Assembly (NCBI GenBank): GCA_042568575.1
Contig: JBHPIO010000005.1
Span: 17,263 to 81,262, forward strand
From: Patescibacteria group bacterium
Lineage (GTDB): Bacteria; Patescibacteriota; Gracilibacteria; UBA1369; PNNO01
Reading direction: 5' to 3'
Length of the DNA stretch: 64,000 nt
Made by a program: the position numbers and the translations under genes. Each line of letters begins with the position of its first letter. Within the stretch, counting starts at the first letter, position 1. Of the stretch, positions 47,806-56,290 are shown piece after piece. The notes under the pieces are model-generated. The model was not told the origin of the DNA. It ran no database searches and was given only the letters and a program-made list of their open reading frames with translations.

Positions 47806-47834
47806 ATTATAGCAGTAATACTGGCGGAATTCAA
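47806..47834 (-). promoter_or_regulatory. sigma70 promoter TTGAAT-17-TATAAT with extended -10 TG, pointing into the putative ncRNA
   Basis: Minus strand reads TTGAAT tccgccagtattacTGc TATAAT; predicted start near 47800. Confidence 0.7.
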
Positions 47835-47905
47835 TCCCTTAAAGTGTGACTTTTTCTATAAAATCCTTATAATAAGGAAGCATTAATTTAAATTAGCCTT
47901 AATAT

Positions 47906-48499
47906 ATGGCAGAATTAAAAGGAAAACTATTTTTAATCGTTGGCCCGTCCGGAGTTGGAAAGGGGACTGTGATTGCGCATCTAAAAGAGATTCATCCTGA
48001 ATGGGAATATCCAATTTCCGCTACAACACGCGATCCTAGACCAGGAGAAGAGGACGGAGTGGTTTATCACTTTGTTGATCATGATGAGTTTGAGAAAATG
48101 CTTGAAGAAGGAGAGCTTTTAGAACATGCGATTGTTCATAATAAAGAATATTACGGAACTTTACGCGGACCAATCACTAAGGCACTTGAGGACGGCAAAA
48201 TTGTAATTCGTGAAGTTGATATGCAAGGATGCGAATCAATTCAAGAAGTGATCCCTGAAGAAAATCTAATTTCGATATTTCTAACGGTTACTGATAGACA
48301 GGATTTAATAGATAGAATTATTAAGCGTGGAAAGCTTCCTGAAGAAGAGATAAAAAGGCGTATGGAAAGCGCAGAAAGAGAGTTTGCAAAGGGTGGAGAA
48401 ATATGCGAATATCAGGTTCCGAGTTTAAATGGAAAGATTCCTGAGTGTGTAGCAGAGGTCGAAAAAATCATCTTAGAAGAATCAAAGTCGATTAATTAA
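47906..48499 (+). CDS. gmk: Guanylate kinase
   Basis: GPSGVGKGT, SATTRDPRPGEEDGVVYHF, YYGT. Confidence 0.96.
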   Translation: MAELKGKLFLIVGPSGVGKGTVIAHLKEIHPEWEYPISATTRDPRPGEEDGVVYHFVDHDEFEKMLEEGELLEHAIVHNKEYYGTLRGPITKALEDGKIVIREVDMQGCESIQEVIPEENLISIFLTVTDRQDLIDRIIKRGKLPEEEIKRRMESAEREFAKGGEICEYQVPSLNGKIPECVAEVEKIILEESKSIN

Positions 48500-48573
48500 T
48501 GGGGTGTGGCCAAGTGGTAAGGCAGCGGGTTCTGGTCCCGTGATCGGGGGTTCGAATCCCTCCACCCCAGCCA
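48500..48573 (+). tRNA. tRNA-Gln(CTG)
   Basis: TGGGGTG…GCGGG-TTCTGGT-CCCGT…GGTTCGAATCC…CACCCCA-G-CCA; starts on the base after the gmk stop. Confidence 0.97.
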
Positions 48574-48824
48574 TGCTTGAACATGCGATGAGCGAAGCGA
48601 ATCGGATGGTCAAGTACGACGTAGCGAAGCGGAGTGTGCTCGAGCTCGTAGAGCGAGAAGCGCTTAAAAATGCGAGCGGCGCGCTGCAAATCCCCCTGAT
48701 TTGCCAAGAATGAGTTTTTGGTGTATTGTCCTACATGCTTGTGAGGTTCGCACGTCCATCTTCCGGTATATGGTGTATTTGTTTTCACTTTTGAGCAATA
48801 GCTTGAATTTTTTAATATGATTTT

Positions 48825-49823
48825 ATGCGTACCATGAAGAAAATCGACAAGCACATTGAAATTGTTGTCACGGGTATTGATGGATTGAACCTTATGTCAA
48901 AAAGGACTTGTAATATGATTTATGAAGTTCTAATAAAAAATTATGAAAAGGTTCGGATAACAACCATAGAAAAAGAAATTGATTTAGAAAAGTTAGTTAA
49001 AAGATCCCCTGATTTAGTATTCTCAAGTATTAAATGTATACGATTTGAAGATGATGATGGCAATTTTACCAATATGGTTTGGCTATCAGAATATTTGGAT
49101 GAGGTTGGCATTAAATACACCGGCTCTAAAAAGGAAGCTTTAGAATTAGATTTTGATAAAAGTAAGGCTAAGAAAAAACTTCAAAAAGCCAACATTGATA
49201 CTTCTATATTTTTTATTGCTGTGCCTAATCAATTTTCCAAAAGCGAAGATTTGCCAATTCCATTTCCACTTTTTATCAAACCTTTATGCCAAGGTGGTGG
49301 GGAAGGAATTAATTTTGATTCTATAGTACGTGACTTTGAAAGTTATCGGAAAAAAATAAAAGATATTTTTCGACAAACTGGCACTCCTGCATTAGTGGAA
49401 AAATATTTAAGTGGGCGGGAGTTTACAGTAGGGATAATTGGGAACGACTATAAAAATCTTATAGTAATGCCAATAGAGATAATTTCTGTTCCAAATGCTG
49501 CGAAAGAAAAAGTGCGTGGCTCAAGAGTAAAAGAAGAAGACACTGAAAAACCTCTTTATATTAAAAATAAGGTGATCCTTAAAAATGTTTCTATGCTAGC
49601 GAAAAATGCTTATAAAGCATTAGGCGCTAACGGCTACGGTCGAATTGATATAAGGATGGATGGAAAAGAAGTACCTTATTTCCTTGAAGCAAATTTAGTG
49701 CCAGGTTTGGATAAAAACTATGGGGACCTCCCACGATCATGCAAAATAAATAATGTGATGACTTATGAAGCGATGATTCTAGAAATTGTAAAACTTGGAT
49801 TTAAAAGAACTTGCAATGAGTGA
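48825..49823 (+). CDS. D-Ala-D-Ala ligase-like ATP-grasp enzyme
   Basis: YTGS…DK, FPLFIKP…GGGEGI, LVEKYLSGREFTVGI, YGRIDIR, LEANLVPGL. Confidence 0.85.
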   Translation: MRTMKKIDKHIEIVVTGIDGLNLMSKRTCNMIYEVLIKNYEKVRITTIEKEIDLEKLVKRSPDLVFSSIKCIRFEDDDGNFTNMVWLSEYLDEVGIKYTGSKKEALELDFDKSKAKKKLQKANIDTSIFFIAVPNQFSKSEDLPIPFPLFIKPLCQGGGEGINFDSIVRDFESYRKKIKDIFRQTGTPALVEKYLSGREFTVGIIGNDYKNLIVMPIEIISVPNAAKEKVRGSRVKEEDTEKPLYIKNKVILKNVSMLAKNAYKALGANGYGRIDIRMDGKEVPYFLEANLVPGLDKNYGDLPRSCKINNVMTYEAMILEIVKLGFKRTCNE

Positions 49824-50856
49824 AATAAGAATAAATCTTAAGAAAATTTCGGAAAATTACCTTACGCTAAAAACATATTTAAAAGCTAAGAAAATTAGTG
49901 TTACACCTGTCGTAAAAGTTGTTGCAGGTGACTCAAGGATTGTGAAAATTTTTGAAGAGAATGATGCTGAGACTATCGGGGACTCAAGAATAGGAAACAT
50001 AAAAAAGTTTAAAGAGGCGGGGATAAAATCAAAATTTGTTCTTTTAAGAATTCCTTCTAAAAGTGAAATTGATGAAGTGGTTGAGTTCTCTGATTATAGT
50101 CTTAATAGTAGTATCGAAATTATTTCAATGATCGATAAAGAAGCAAAAAAACGAAAAAAACAACATGGGATAATATTAATGATTGAAATGGGGGACTTAA
50201 GAGAAGGAGTTAATCCAAAAAAAGCAATAAAGATTTCAAAGAAAATATCCAAAATGAATAATGTGTATTTAAAGGGCATTGGTTCTAATTTTTCTTGTTA
50301 TGGAGGAGTAATCCCTTCAGATCAAAAAATGCGAACTTTAAGCCATCTCTCAAAAAGCTTTCCTAATATTGATTGGATTTCAGGAGGGAATTCTTCAAGC
50401 ATCAGTTGGGTAAGAAACGCAAAAAATACGTACAAAATAAATCATTTACGATTAGGTGAATCTATAATGCTTGGCCTCGAAACTTTGCAACGAAAACCAA
50501 TATCAAAATTAAATCTTGATGCTTTTGTATTAACATCTGAGGTTATTGAATTTGAGGAAAAAAATTCAATTCCTGATGGAGAAATTGCACAAAATGCATT
50601 TGGTGAAATTCCAATAATTAAAGATGAAGGTTTAATGTATCGTGCAATTCTTGATATTGGAAGACAGGACATTGATTCTCAGGGCCTTACTCCTTTAAGG
50701 AAAGATATAAAAGTATTAGGCGCTAGCAGTGATCATTTGATTATAAAGAGTGATTCAATTCTTAAGATAGGAGATAAAATAAAATTTATTCCAAATTACT
50801 CTACTTTGTTAAGGATTATGACCTCTCCTTATGTTAAAAAGTCGTATACTGTTTAA
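49795..50856 (+). CDS. PLP-dependent fold-III racemase (ornithine/lysine racemase-like)
   Basis: PVVKVVAG (PLP Lys), IGDSRI, MIEMGDLREG, SGGNSS, LRLGESI, IGRQD, GASSDHL. Confidence 0.85.
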   Translation: MDLKELAMSEIRINLKKISENYLTLKTYLKAKKISVTPVVKVVAGDSRIVKIFEENDAETIGDSRIGNIKKFKEAGIKSKFVLLRIPSKSEIDEVVEFSDYSLNSSIEIISMIDKEAKKRKKQHGIILMIEMGDLREGVNPKKAIKISKKISKMNNVYLKGIGSNFSCYGGVIPSDQKMRTLSHLSKSFPNIDWISGGNSSSISWVRNAKNTYKINHLRLGESIMLGLETLQRKPISKLNLDAFVLTSEVIEFEEKNSIPDGEIAQNAFGEIPIIKDEGLMYRAILDIGRQDIDSQGLTPLRKDIKVLGASSDHLIIKSDSILKIGDKIKFIPNYSTLLRIMTSPYVKKSYTV

Positions 50857-50924
50857 TCTCACAAATGCACTGTTGACACGAGTATCCTTTTATTTGTATA
50901 TTTTGTGTAATTAACCTTTCCAAC

Positions 50925-51293
50925 ATGCAATACGATGATAAACCCCTAAGAGAGATCGATGACACCGCGGGTTCTGCTGCGGATGATCGTTTTGAAGAGA
51001 TTATTGAAAAAGTAAAAGCAGCTGGTGCCGAAATTATAAGAGATGAAAGCGGTCCTCTCTATGTCTCTCTTGGAAGAGAAGAAGTCGAGATTGGTGAGCA
51101 ACGAGTAGTTGAGTTCAATCTGAACAGAATGGATTTCGAGATTACACGCGATGCAAAAACGGTTAGAATTGTGACAGATGGAAATCAAAAAAATCTTGAA
51201 CAGCTCTCAAGGCCTATTATTGAGATTAAATTGAAGCGTAAGCCGGAGATGGAGGATCAATGGGTGATTATGGACTTGGATGACATGTTTTAA
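50925..51293 (+). CDS. Hypothetical acidic protein
   Basis: 122-aa ORF with a TTGACA element upstream. Confidence 0.7.
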   Translation: MQYDDKPLREIDDTAGSAADDRFEEIIEKVKAAGAEIIRDESGPLYVSLGREEVEIGEQRVVEFNLNRMDFEITRDAKTVRIVTDGNQKNLEQLSRPIIEIKLKRKPEMEDQWVIMDLDDMF

Positions 51294-51411
51294 GGAGTAG
51301 TGAGAGTTTAGCTGAGCACGGCTTTTTTAAGCGAACTACAGTTTACATTTTGAGTAAAATGTGGTATAGTTATAGGTGGTTGAGTAATTTAATCATTAAC
51401 AAAAATAAAAA

Positions 51412-52317
51412 ATGAAAACTCTTAATCCGAAGAGGAAAATTATTATAGCTCTCTCAGCTATAATTGCTGTAGTAGCTGTTCTTGTAGTAGCTAGTACTTT
51501 GGTTGATCCTCCATTTTTTAAAGGATTCTTAAGTCCACAAGTTAGCACTGTTTCTAAAACTGTTGAACCTGTAAAAATCGAACCTGCAAAAATTGAGGAA
51601 ACGACAATTAAAGTAGAGGAAGATTTAATTACATCTAAATTGGCACCTGAGTTAAAAGAAGAACTTATTATGCTTGAACCTGTTGAAAAATCTGAGGAAG
51701 CAGAAGAACCTTTAGAGCTTGTTTTGGAAATGAAACCTCTTACAGTGGCAACTCCTCCGGTTGTGCAAATGGCGTATCGTAATCGTATTGACCCTCTTGA
51801 TCCAATGTCTCCAGATATTTATAAGAATGTTTCACCAGATACAAGTCAAGTTGTTCTGATACTTAGGTTCCGAAATACAGGTTCAATGCCTGCATATTTA
51901 AAATCATTTGGTACAGTAGAATATGGATGTGATGGAGATAGTCCTTGTCGTCTTGCCACTACAGATGGAAGGCTTGTAAGAGTTAACTATGATAGCAGTG
52001 GATATTATGTGAATGCTCAACCTATAGGTTATTTGGGGTATGATCCATATACATATGGAAGTACAGGTAATGGGTTTTTTGAAGAAGATGCATCAATGAA
52101 TCATAGCCTATTAGAAATTACCGGAAATGCTGACACATATTTTGCAGTATATGGTGATACTTCTGATTACCTGAATTTTGGTAATTATGATGAAGTATAC
52201 GCACAAGCTTTTGTTGAACTTTCGAACATAACAATTTTAGATGGCAAAGATGTAGATTTAAGTATGTCAATTAGTCCTGATACTGTTACGCCTGAGACAA
52301 TGGTTTATTCTAAATAA
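51412..52317 (+). CDS. Hypothetical membrane-anchored extracellular protein
   Basis: N-terminal TM helix, Glu/Pro-rich stalk, beta-rich C-domain. Confidence 0.7.
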   Translation: MKTLNPKRKIIIALSAIIAVVAVLVVASTLVDPPFFKGFLSPQVSTVSKTVEPVKIEPAKIEETTIKVEEDLITSKLAPELKEELIMLEPVEKSEEAEEPLELVLEMKPLTVATPPVVQMAYRNRIDPLDPMSPDIYKNVSPDTSQVVLILRFRNTGSMPAYLKSFGTVEYGCDGDSPCRLATTDGRLVRVNYDSSGYYVNAQPIGYLGYDPYTYGSTGNGFFEEDASMNHSLLEITGNADTYFAVYGDTSDYLNFGNYDEVYAQAFVELSNITILDGKDVDLSMSISPDTVTPETMVYSK

Positions 52318-52321
52318 ATCT

Positions 52322-54118
52322 CTACTTCGCCCTCTTTCTCTCATTTTCACTTAGATATTTTTTTCGCAGACGCACTTGAGTTGGTGTGATTTCTGCGTAT
52401 TCGTCCTCTTTGATGTATTCGATTGCGATTTCAAGAGATATTGGCACGACCGGAGTTAAATTAAGAGCTTCGTCGGCACCGGAAGAGCGGACGTTTGTTA
52501 GTTGTTTATTTTTTATTGGATTTACAACCAAGTCGGTTCCTTGATTGTGTTCACCTATAATCATCCCTTCATATACTTCGGTGGCTGGACCGACAAAAAG
52601 CGGACCTCTTTCTTGTAATTTCCATAATGAATAAGCCATTGTTGAGCCTTTTTCGCCGGAAATCATAGAGCCAACTTTACGTTTTTCAATTTCTCCAACA
52701 TAAGGAGCAAAATGATCAAATGAATGATAAAGAGTTCCTTCACCTCGAGTTAAAAGTAGGAAAATGGAACGGAATCCCAGGAGTCCGCGTGTAGGGATTT
52801 CAAATTCCATCATAGTATTTCCATTTTCAGACTTCATGTTATTCATAATTCCTTTTCGCTTACCTAATGCTTCTATTACTGAACCTGACATTTCATCAGG
52901 AACATTAACTACAGCGTTTTCGATAGGTTCATGTTTTTCACCATCAATTTCTTGCATAATTACTTCAGGCTGTGAGATCTGCAATTCAAATCCTTCACGT
53001 CTCATTGTCTCAATTAGCACTGCAATATGCATTTCACCACGACCATAAACTTTATATGAGTCGCTTCCTTCAACTGGTTCAATTTTAAGCCCAACATTTG
53101 TTTCTAGTTCTTTCTCTAAACGATCTTTTATATGCCTACCTGTTACAAATTTTCCTTCACGTCCAGCAAAAGGGGAGTCATTTACAATAAATTCAATTGC
53201 TAAAGCAGGAGGATCAACCTTAATTGCTGGTAGAGGTTCAACGTCAGCTTCGCTTGTAATTGTTTCGCCTACATAAATTTCAGGCAAACCTGCTATTGCA
53301 ACCATATCTCCAGCTTGGGCTTCATTAACTTCATATTTCTCCATTCCTTCAAATGTGAAAAGTTTCGTCACTTTTCCACAGTAATTATTACCATCAGATT
53401 TGATTACAGTAACTGGTTGATTGGCCTTGAGCACACCTTCGTAAACTCTTCCTATTGCAAGTCTTCCAAGGAAGTTATCATATTTTAGAGTTGCTGGCTG
53501 CATTCTAAAAGGTGCCTGCGTGTTACTCTGTGCCGGTTTTACATTTTCAAAAATAAAATCAATTAAAGGCGTGATGTCTTTTTGTTCATCATCAAGCGTT
53601 TTAATTGCAACGCCGCTTTTTGCATTCGCGTAAATATATGGGAAATCCAATTGCTCCTCGGTTGCCCCTAAAGTAGAAAATAGATCGAAAGTTAAATCCA
53701 CAACTTCATCCGGTCTTGCCATTGGTTTGTCAATTTTGTTAATTACAACCAAAACCTTGTGCCCAAGCTCCAAAGATTTTTTTAGAACGAACTTTGTTTG
53801 AGGCATTGGTCCTTCATAGGCATCAACTACCAATATAACTGCATCTACAGTACGTAAAACACGTTCCACTTCCGAACCAAAGTCCGCATGCCCGGGAGTA
53901 TCAACGATATTTAGTTTTTTTCCTTTGTATGTAATTGCAGCATTTTTGGCATAAATTGTAATACCACGTTCTTTTTCCTGATCATTACTGTCCATTGCCC
54001 TTTCAGCCAGGCCTTTGTGAGTATCAAAATTATCACTGGACTTCAAAAGTGCGTCTACTAAAGTGGTCTTTCCATGGTCTACGTGCGCTACAATCGCAAC
54101 ATTATATATATCCATCAC
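52322..54118 (-). CDS. typA: Translational GTPase TypA/BipA
   Basis: [34 protein letters not shown]. Confidence 0.97.
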   Translation of the reverse strand: MMDIYNVAIVAHVDHGKTTLVDALLKSSDNFDTHKGLAERAMDSNDQEKERGITIYAKNAAITYKGKKLNIVDTPGHADFGSEVERVLRTVDAVILVVDAYEGPMPQTKFVLKKSLELGHKVLVVINKIDKPMARPDEVVDLTFDLFSTLGATEEQLDFPYIYANAKSGVAIKTLDDEQKDITPLIDFIFENVKPAQSNTQAPFRMQPATLKYDNFLGRLAIGRVYEGVLKANQPVTVIKSDGNNYCGKVTKLFTFEGMEKYEVNEAQAGDMVAIAGLPEIYVGETITSEADVEPLPAIKVDPPALAIEFIVNDSPFAGREGKFVTGRHIKDRLEKELETNVGLKIEPVEGSDSYKVYGRGEMHIAVLIETMRREGFELQISQPEVIMQEIDGEKHEPIENAVVNVPDEMSGSVIEALGKRKGIMNNMKSENGNTMMEFEIPTRGLLGFRSIFLLLTRGEGTLYHSFDHFAPYVGEIEKRKVGSMISGEKGSTMAYSLWKLQERGPLFVGPATEVYEGMIIGEHNQGTDLVVNPIKNKQLTNVRSSGADEALNLTPVVPISLEIAIEYIKEDEYAEITPTQVRLRKKYLSENERKRAK

Positions 54119-54304
54119 ATATTTTAGAAATAAAGCCCGGTGATACTAGCAGGATTGGTATAATTTAACAATCTTATTAATGTTTTCGGTTGGAATGTAA
54201 AATTTTATATAACACTTGCTTGCTATCGCAACCCCAGGTTGTAAGAGTTTTTGTGAATTCAAAATATAATAGGCGTGAATCAATAATTCTTTAAACAAAC
54301 CCAC

Positions 54305-55366
54305 ATGAAAGAATTCTTCAAAAAGCTCGGCGCAAAACTACCTACTTACGTTAAGGTAGCTGGTATTGTATTGGCAGCAATTATTTTGCTGGCAGTTGTT
54401 TATCGTTTTGTAGAACCTGTTGTAGACCAACTGGCTAGGAAAGTGAAGCCAATGATTTCGTCGCAATCTTATGGAATGGATTACGATATGGAAGATGAGG
54501 CGTATTTTGAAAAAGCTATTTCTTCTTCTTATTATGACGGAGGTTTTGCTGAACCAGGTTTTGCTGTTGGTGCACCGTCAATTGCACCAATTCCACCGCG
54601 TGATGACATTATTTCAGGTGATGATGCTGAGGAGTTTGAAGTAACTGAATATAATGCAACGATTGAAACTCGTCATCTTGAAGAAACGTGTGCAGAAATT
54701 TCGCAACTTAAGGCCTTGGATTATGTAGTTTTTGAAAATGCTAGTGAATACGATCAAGGATGTAATTATACGTTTAAAGTTAAGCACGCTAACGCTGATG
54801 AAATTCTTGCGAAGATAGAGGCGCTTGAACCAAAAGATTTTTCAGAAAATACTTATACAATTAAAAAACGGATTGATAATTTAACTAATGAAGTTGAAAT
54901 TCTTGAGAATAAGAAGGCGTCGATTGAGGCAACTCTTGAAGAAGCTATATCTGCGTATGATGAGATAACAGAGCTTGCAACTAAAACTCAAGATGTCGAG
55001 AGTCTAACTAAAATCATTAATAGTAAACTCCAAATTATTGAACGTCTTACACAAGAAAAGATAAATATTAACGAACGGCTTGATAGACTTACGAGATCAA
55101 AATCCGATCAGTTAGATCGTCTTGAGTACACATATTTCTATGTAAATGTATTTGAGAACAAATTTGTGGACGGGGAAGAGCTTAAAGATTCCTGGAAGAA
55201 CGCAGTTAAGAAATTCGTTCGAGATGTAAATTCTCTTGCTCAGGATATTACAATCAACTTAGCGCTTCTTCTTCTGTTAGCGTTCCAATATGGCTTATAC
55301 TTGCTAATTCTGCTTGTGTTAGCTAAATATGGTTGGCGTTTTGGTAAGTATATTTGGAAGAAATAA
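54305..55366 (+). CDS. DUF4349-like membrane-anchored coiled-coil protein
   Basis: N- and C-terminal TM helices with a central coiled coil; family call tentative. Confidence 0.6.
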   Translation: MKEFFKKLGAKLPTYVKVAGIVLAAIILLAVVYRFVEPVVDQLARKVKPMISSQSYGMDYDMEDEAYFEKAISSSYYDGGFAEPGFAVGAPSIAPIPPRDDIISGDDAEEFEVTEYNATIETRHLEETCAEISQLKALDYVVFENASEYDQGCNYTFKVKHANADEILAKIEALEPKDFSENTYTIKKRIDNLTNEVEILENKKASIEATLEEAISAYDEITELATKTQDVESLTKIINSKLQIIERLTQEKININERLDRLTRSKSDQLDRLEYTYFYVNVFENKFVDGEELKDSWKNAVKKFVRDVNSLAQDITINLALLLLLAFQYGLYLLILLVLAKYGWRFGKYIWKK

Positions 55367-56226
55367 TTATGAAAATTAAATTTACGGCACTACTTGTCAT
55401 CAGCTTTATGTTGATGGCAAGCTCGTGTGTATCACAAACTATTACAGACTTTGGTGAACAGAAATCTGGAGATCTTGAATCTATTGCGAGGGAGATGGGT
55501 GTGTTTCAATATCCAATTGATAAATTTCCTGAAAGGGTAACAGTTAAACCCTTCGGCATCTACATAACGCCAGAAAATTCACCTGTTCAACCTGAAAGAT
55601 TCTCTGGATATCACACAGGTGCTGATGCTGAAATCTTTGAAGGAGAAGGAGATAATGAAATTTGGGTGCATTCGATTATGCCTGGAAAAGTGGTTGAAGC
55701 TAGAGAAGCCTCTGGTTATGGCGGAGTTTTAGTTATTTATCATGAGTTTATAGACGAAACTTATACTGCAGTTTATGGTCATATTGATTTAGATTCATTA
55801 AAGGTTTCAGTTGGAGATGAAGTTATATCCGGCCAAACATTGGCGATTTTAGGTGAAGGTTACTCTGATGAGACTGATGGAGAACGCAAACATCTCCATT
55901 TTTCTTTGTTAAGTGGAGAAAATCTTAATATAAAGGGTTATGTTCAGTCCGAATCTGAACTTTCGCAGTGGATTGACCCGGTATTGTTTTTTAATGATGA
56001 TCAGATGCTTGTTAAACAGTATATAGAAGAGAATATCTCAAGTATAAGTGAGTCAGATCCTGTGCTTGGTGGAACTTGGTATGTTGTTGATGTAGAATTT
56101 GTGGATAATCAAACCGTCGTAGTTACTTATGAGGATGGGCATATCCAGAAAATAATCAAAGCAAATTACGAAATTTCCAGAGATAAAAATGTGGATTTGG
56201 AAGTACTTTTAGAAACGGACGCTTAG
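55354..56226 (+). CDS. M23 family metallopeptidase lipoprotein
   Basis: YHTGAD, GYGG, VYGH, HLHF; lipobox-like ASSC. Confidence 0.88.
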   Translation: MEEIIMKIKFTALLVISFMLMASSCVSQTITDFGEQKSGDLESIAREMGVFQYPIDKFPERVTVKPFGIYITPENSPVQPERFSGYHTGADAEIFEGEGDNEIWVHSIMPGKVVEAREASGYGGVLVIYHEFIDETYTAVYGHIDLDSLKVSVGDEVISGQTLAILGEGYSDETDGERKHLHFSLLSGENLNIKGYVQSESELSQWIDPVLFFNDDQMLVKQYIEENISSISESDPVLGGTWYVVDVEFVDNQTVVVTYEDGHIQKIIKANYEISRDKNVDLEVLLETDA

Positions 56227-56290
56227 CCTTTTAAAAAAGCCATTTTTCTGGTATAATAGTAGGAATATTTGAATTTCGATACGTATTCCT

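Noticed and set aside
48730-48780. Possible purine-type riboswitch upstream of the Ddl-like gene
   Set aside because: Only a weak three-way fold; the conserved junction nucleotides are missing.
48492-48854. ORFs 48492-48854(-) and 48504-48713(+)
   Set aside because: They are shadows of tRNA-Gln and the GC-rich hairpin block.
48574-50900. Classical tRNA-integrated island with attL/attR
   Set aside because: No integrase and no repeat of the tRNA 3' end at the far boundary; only composition suggests acquisition.
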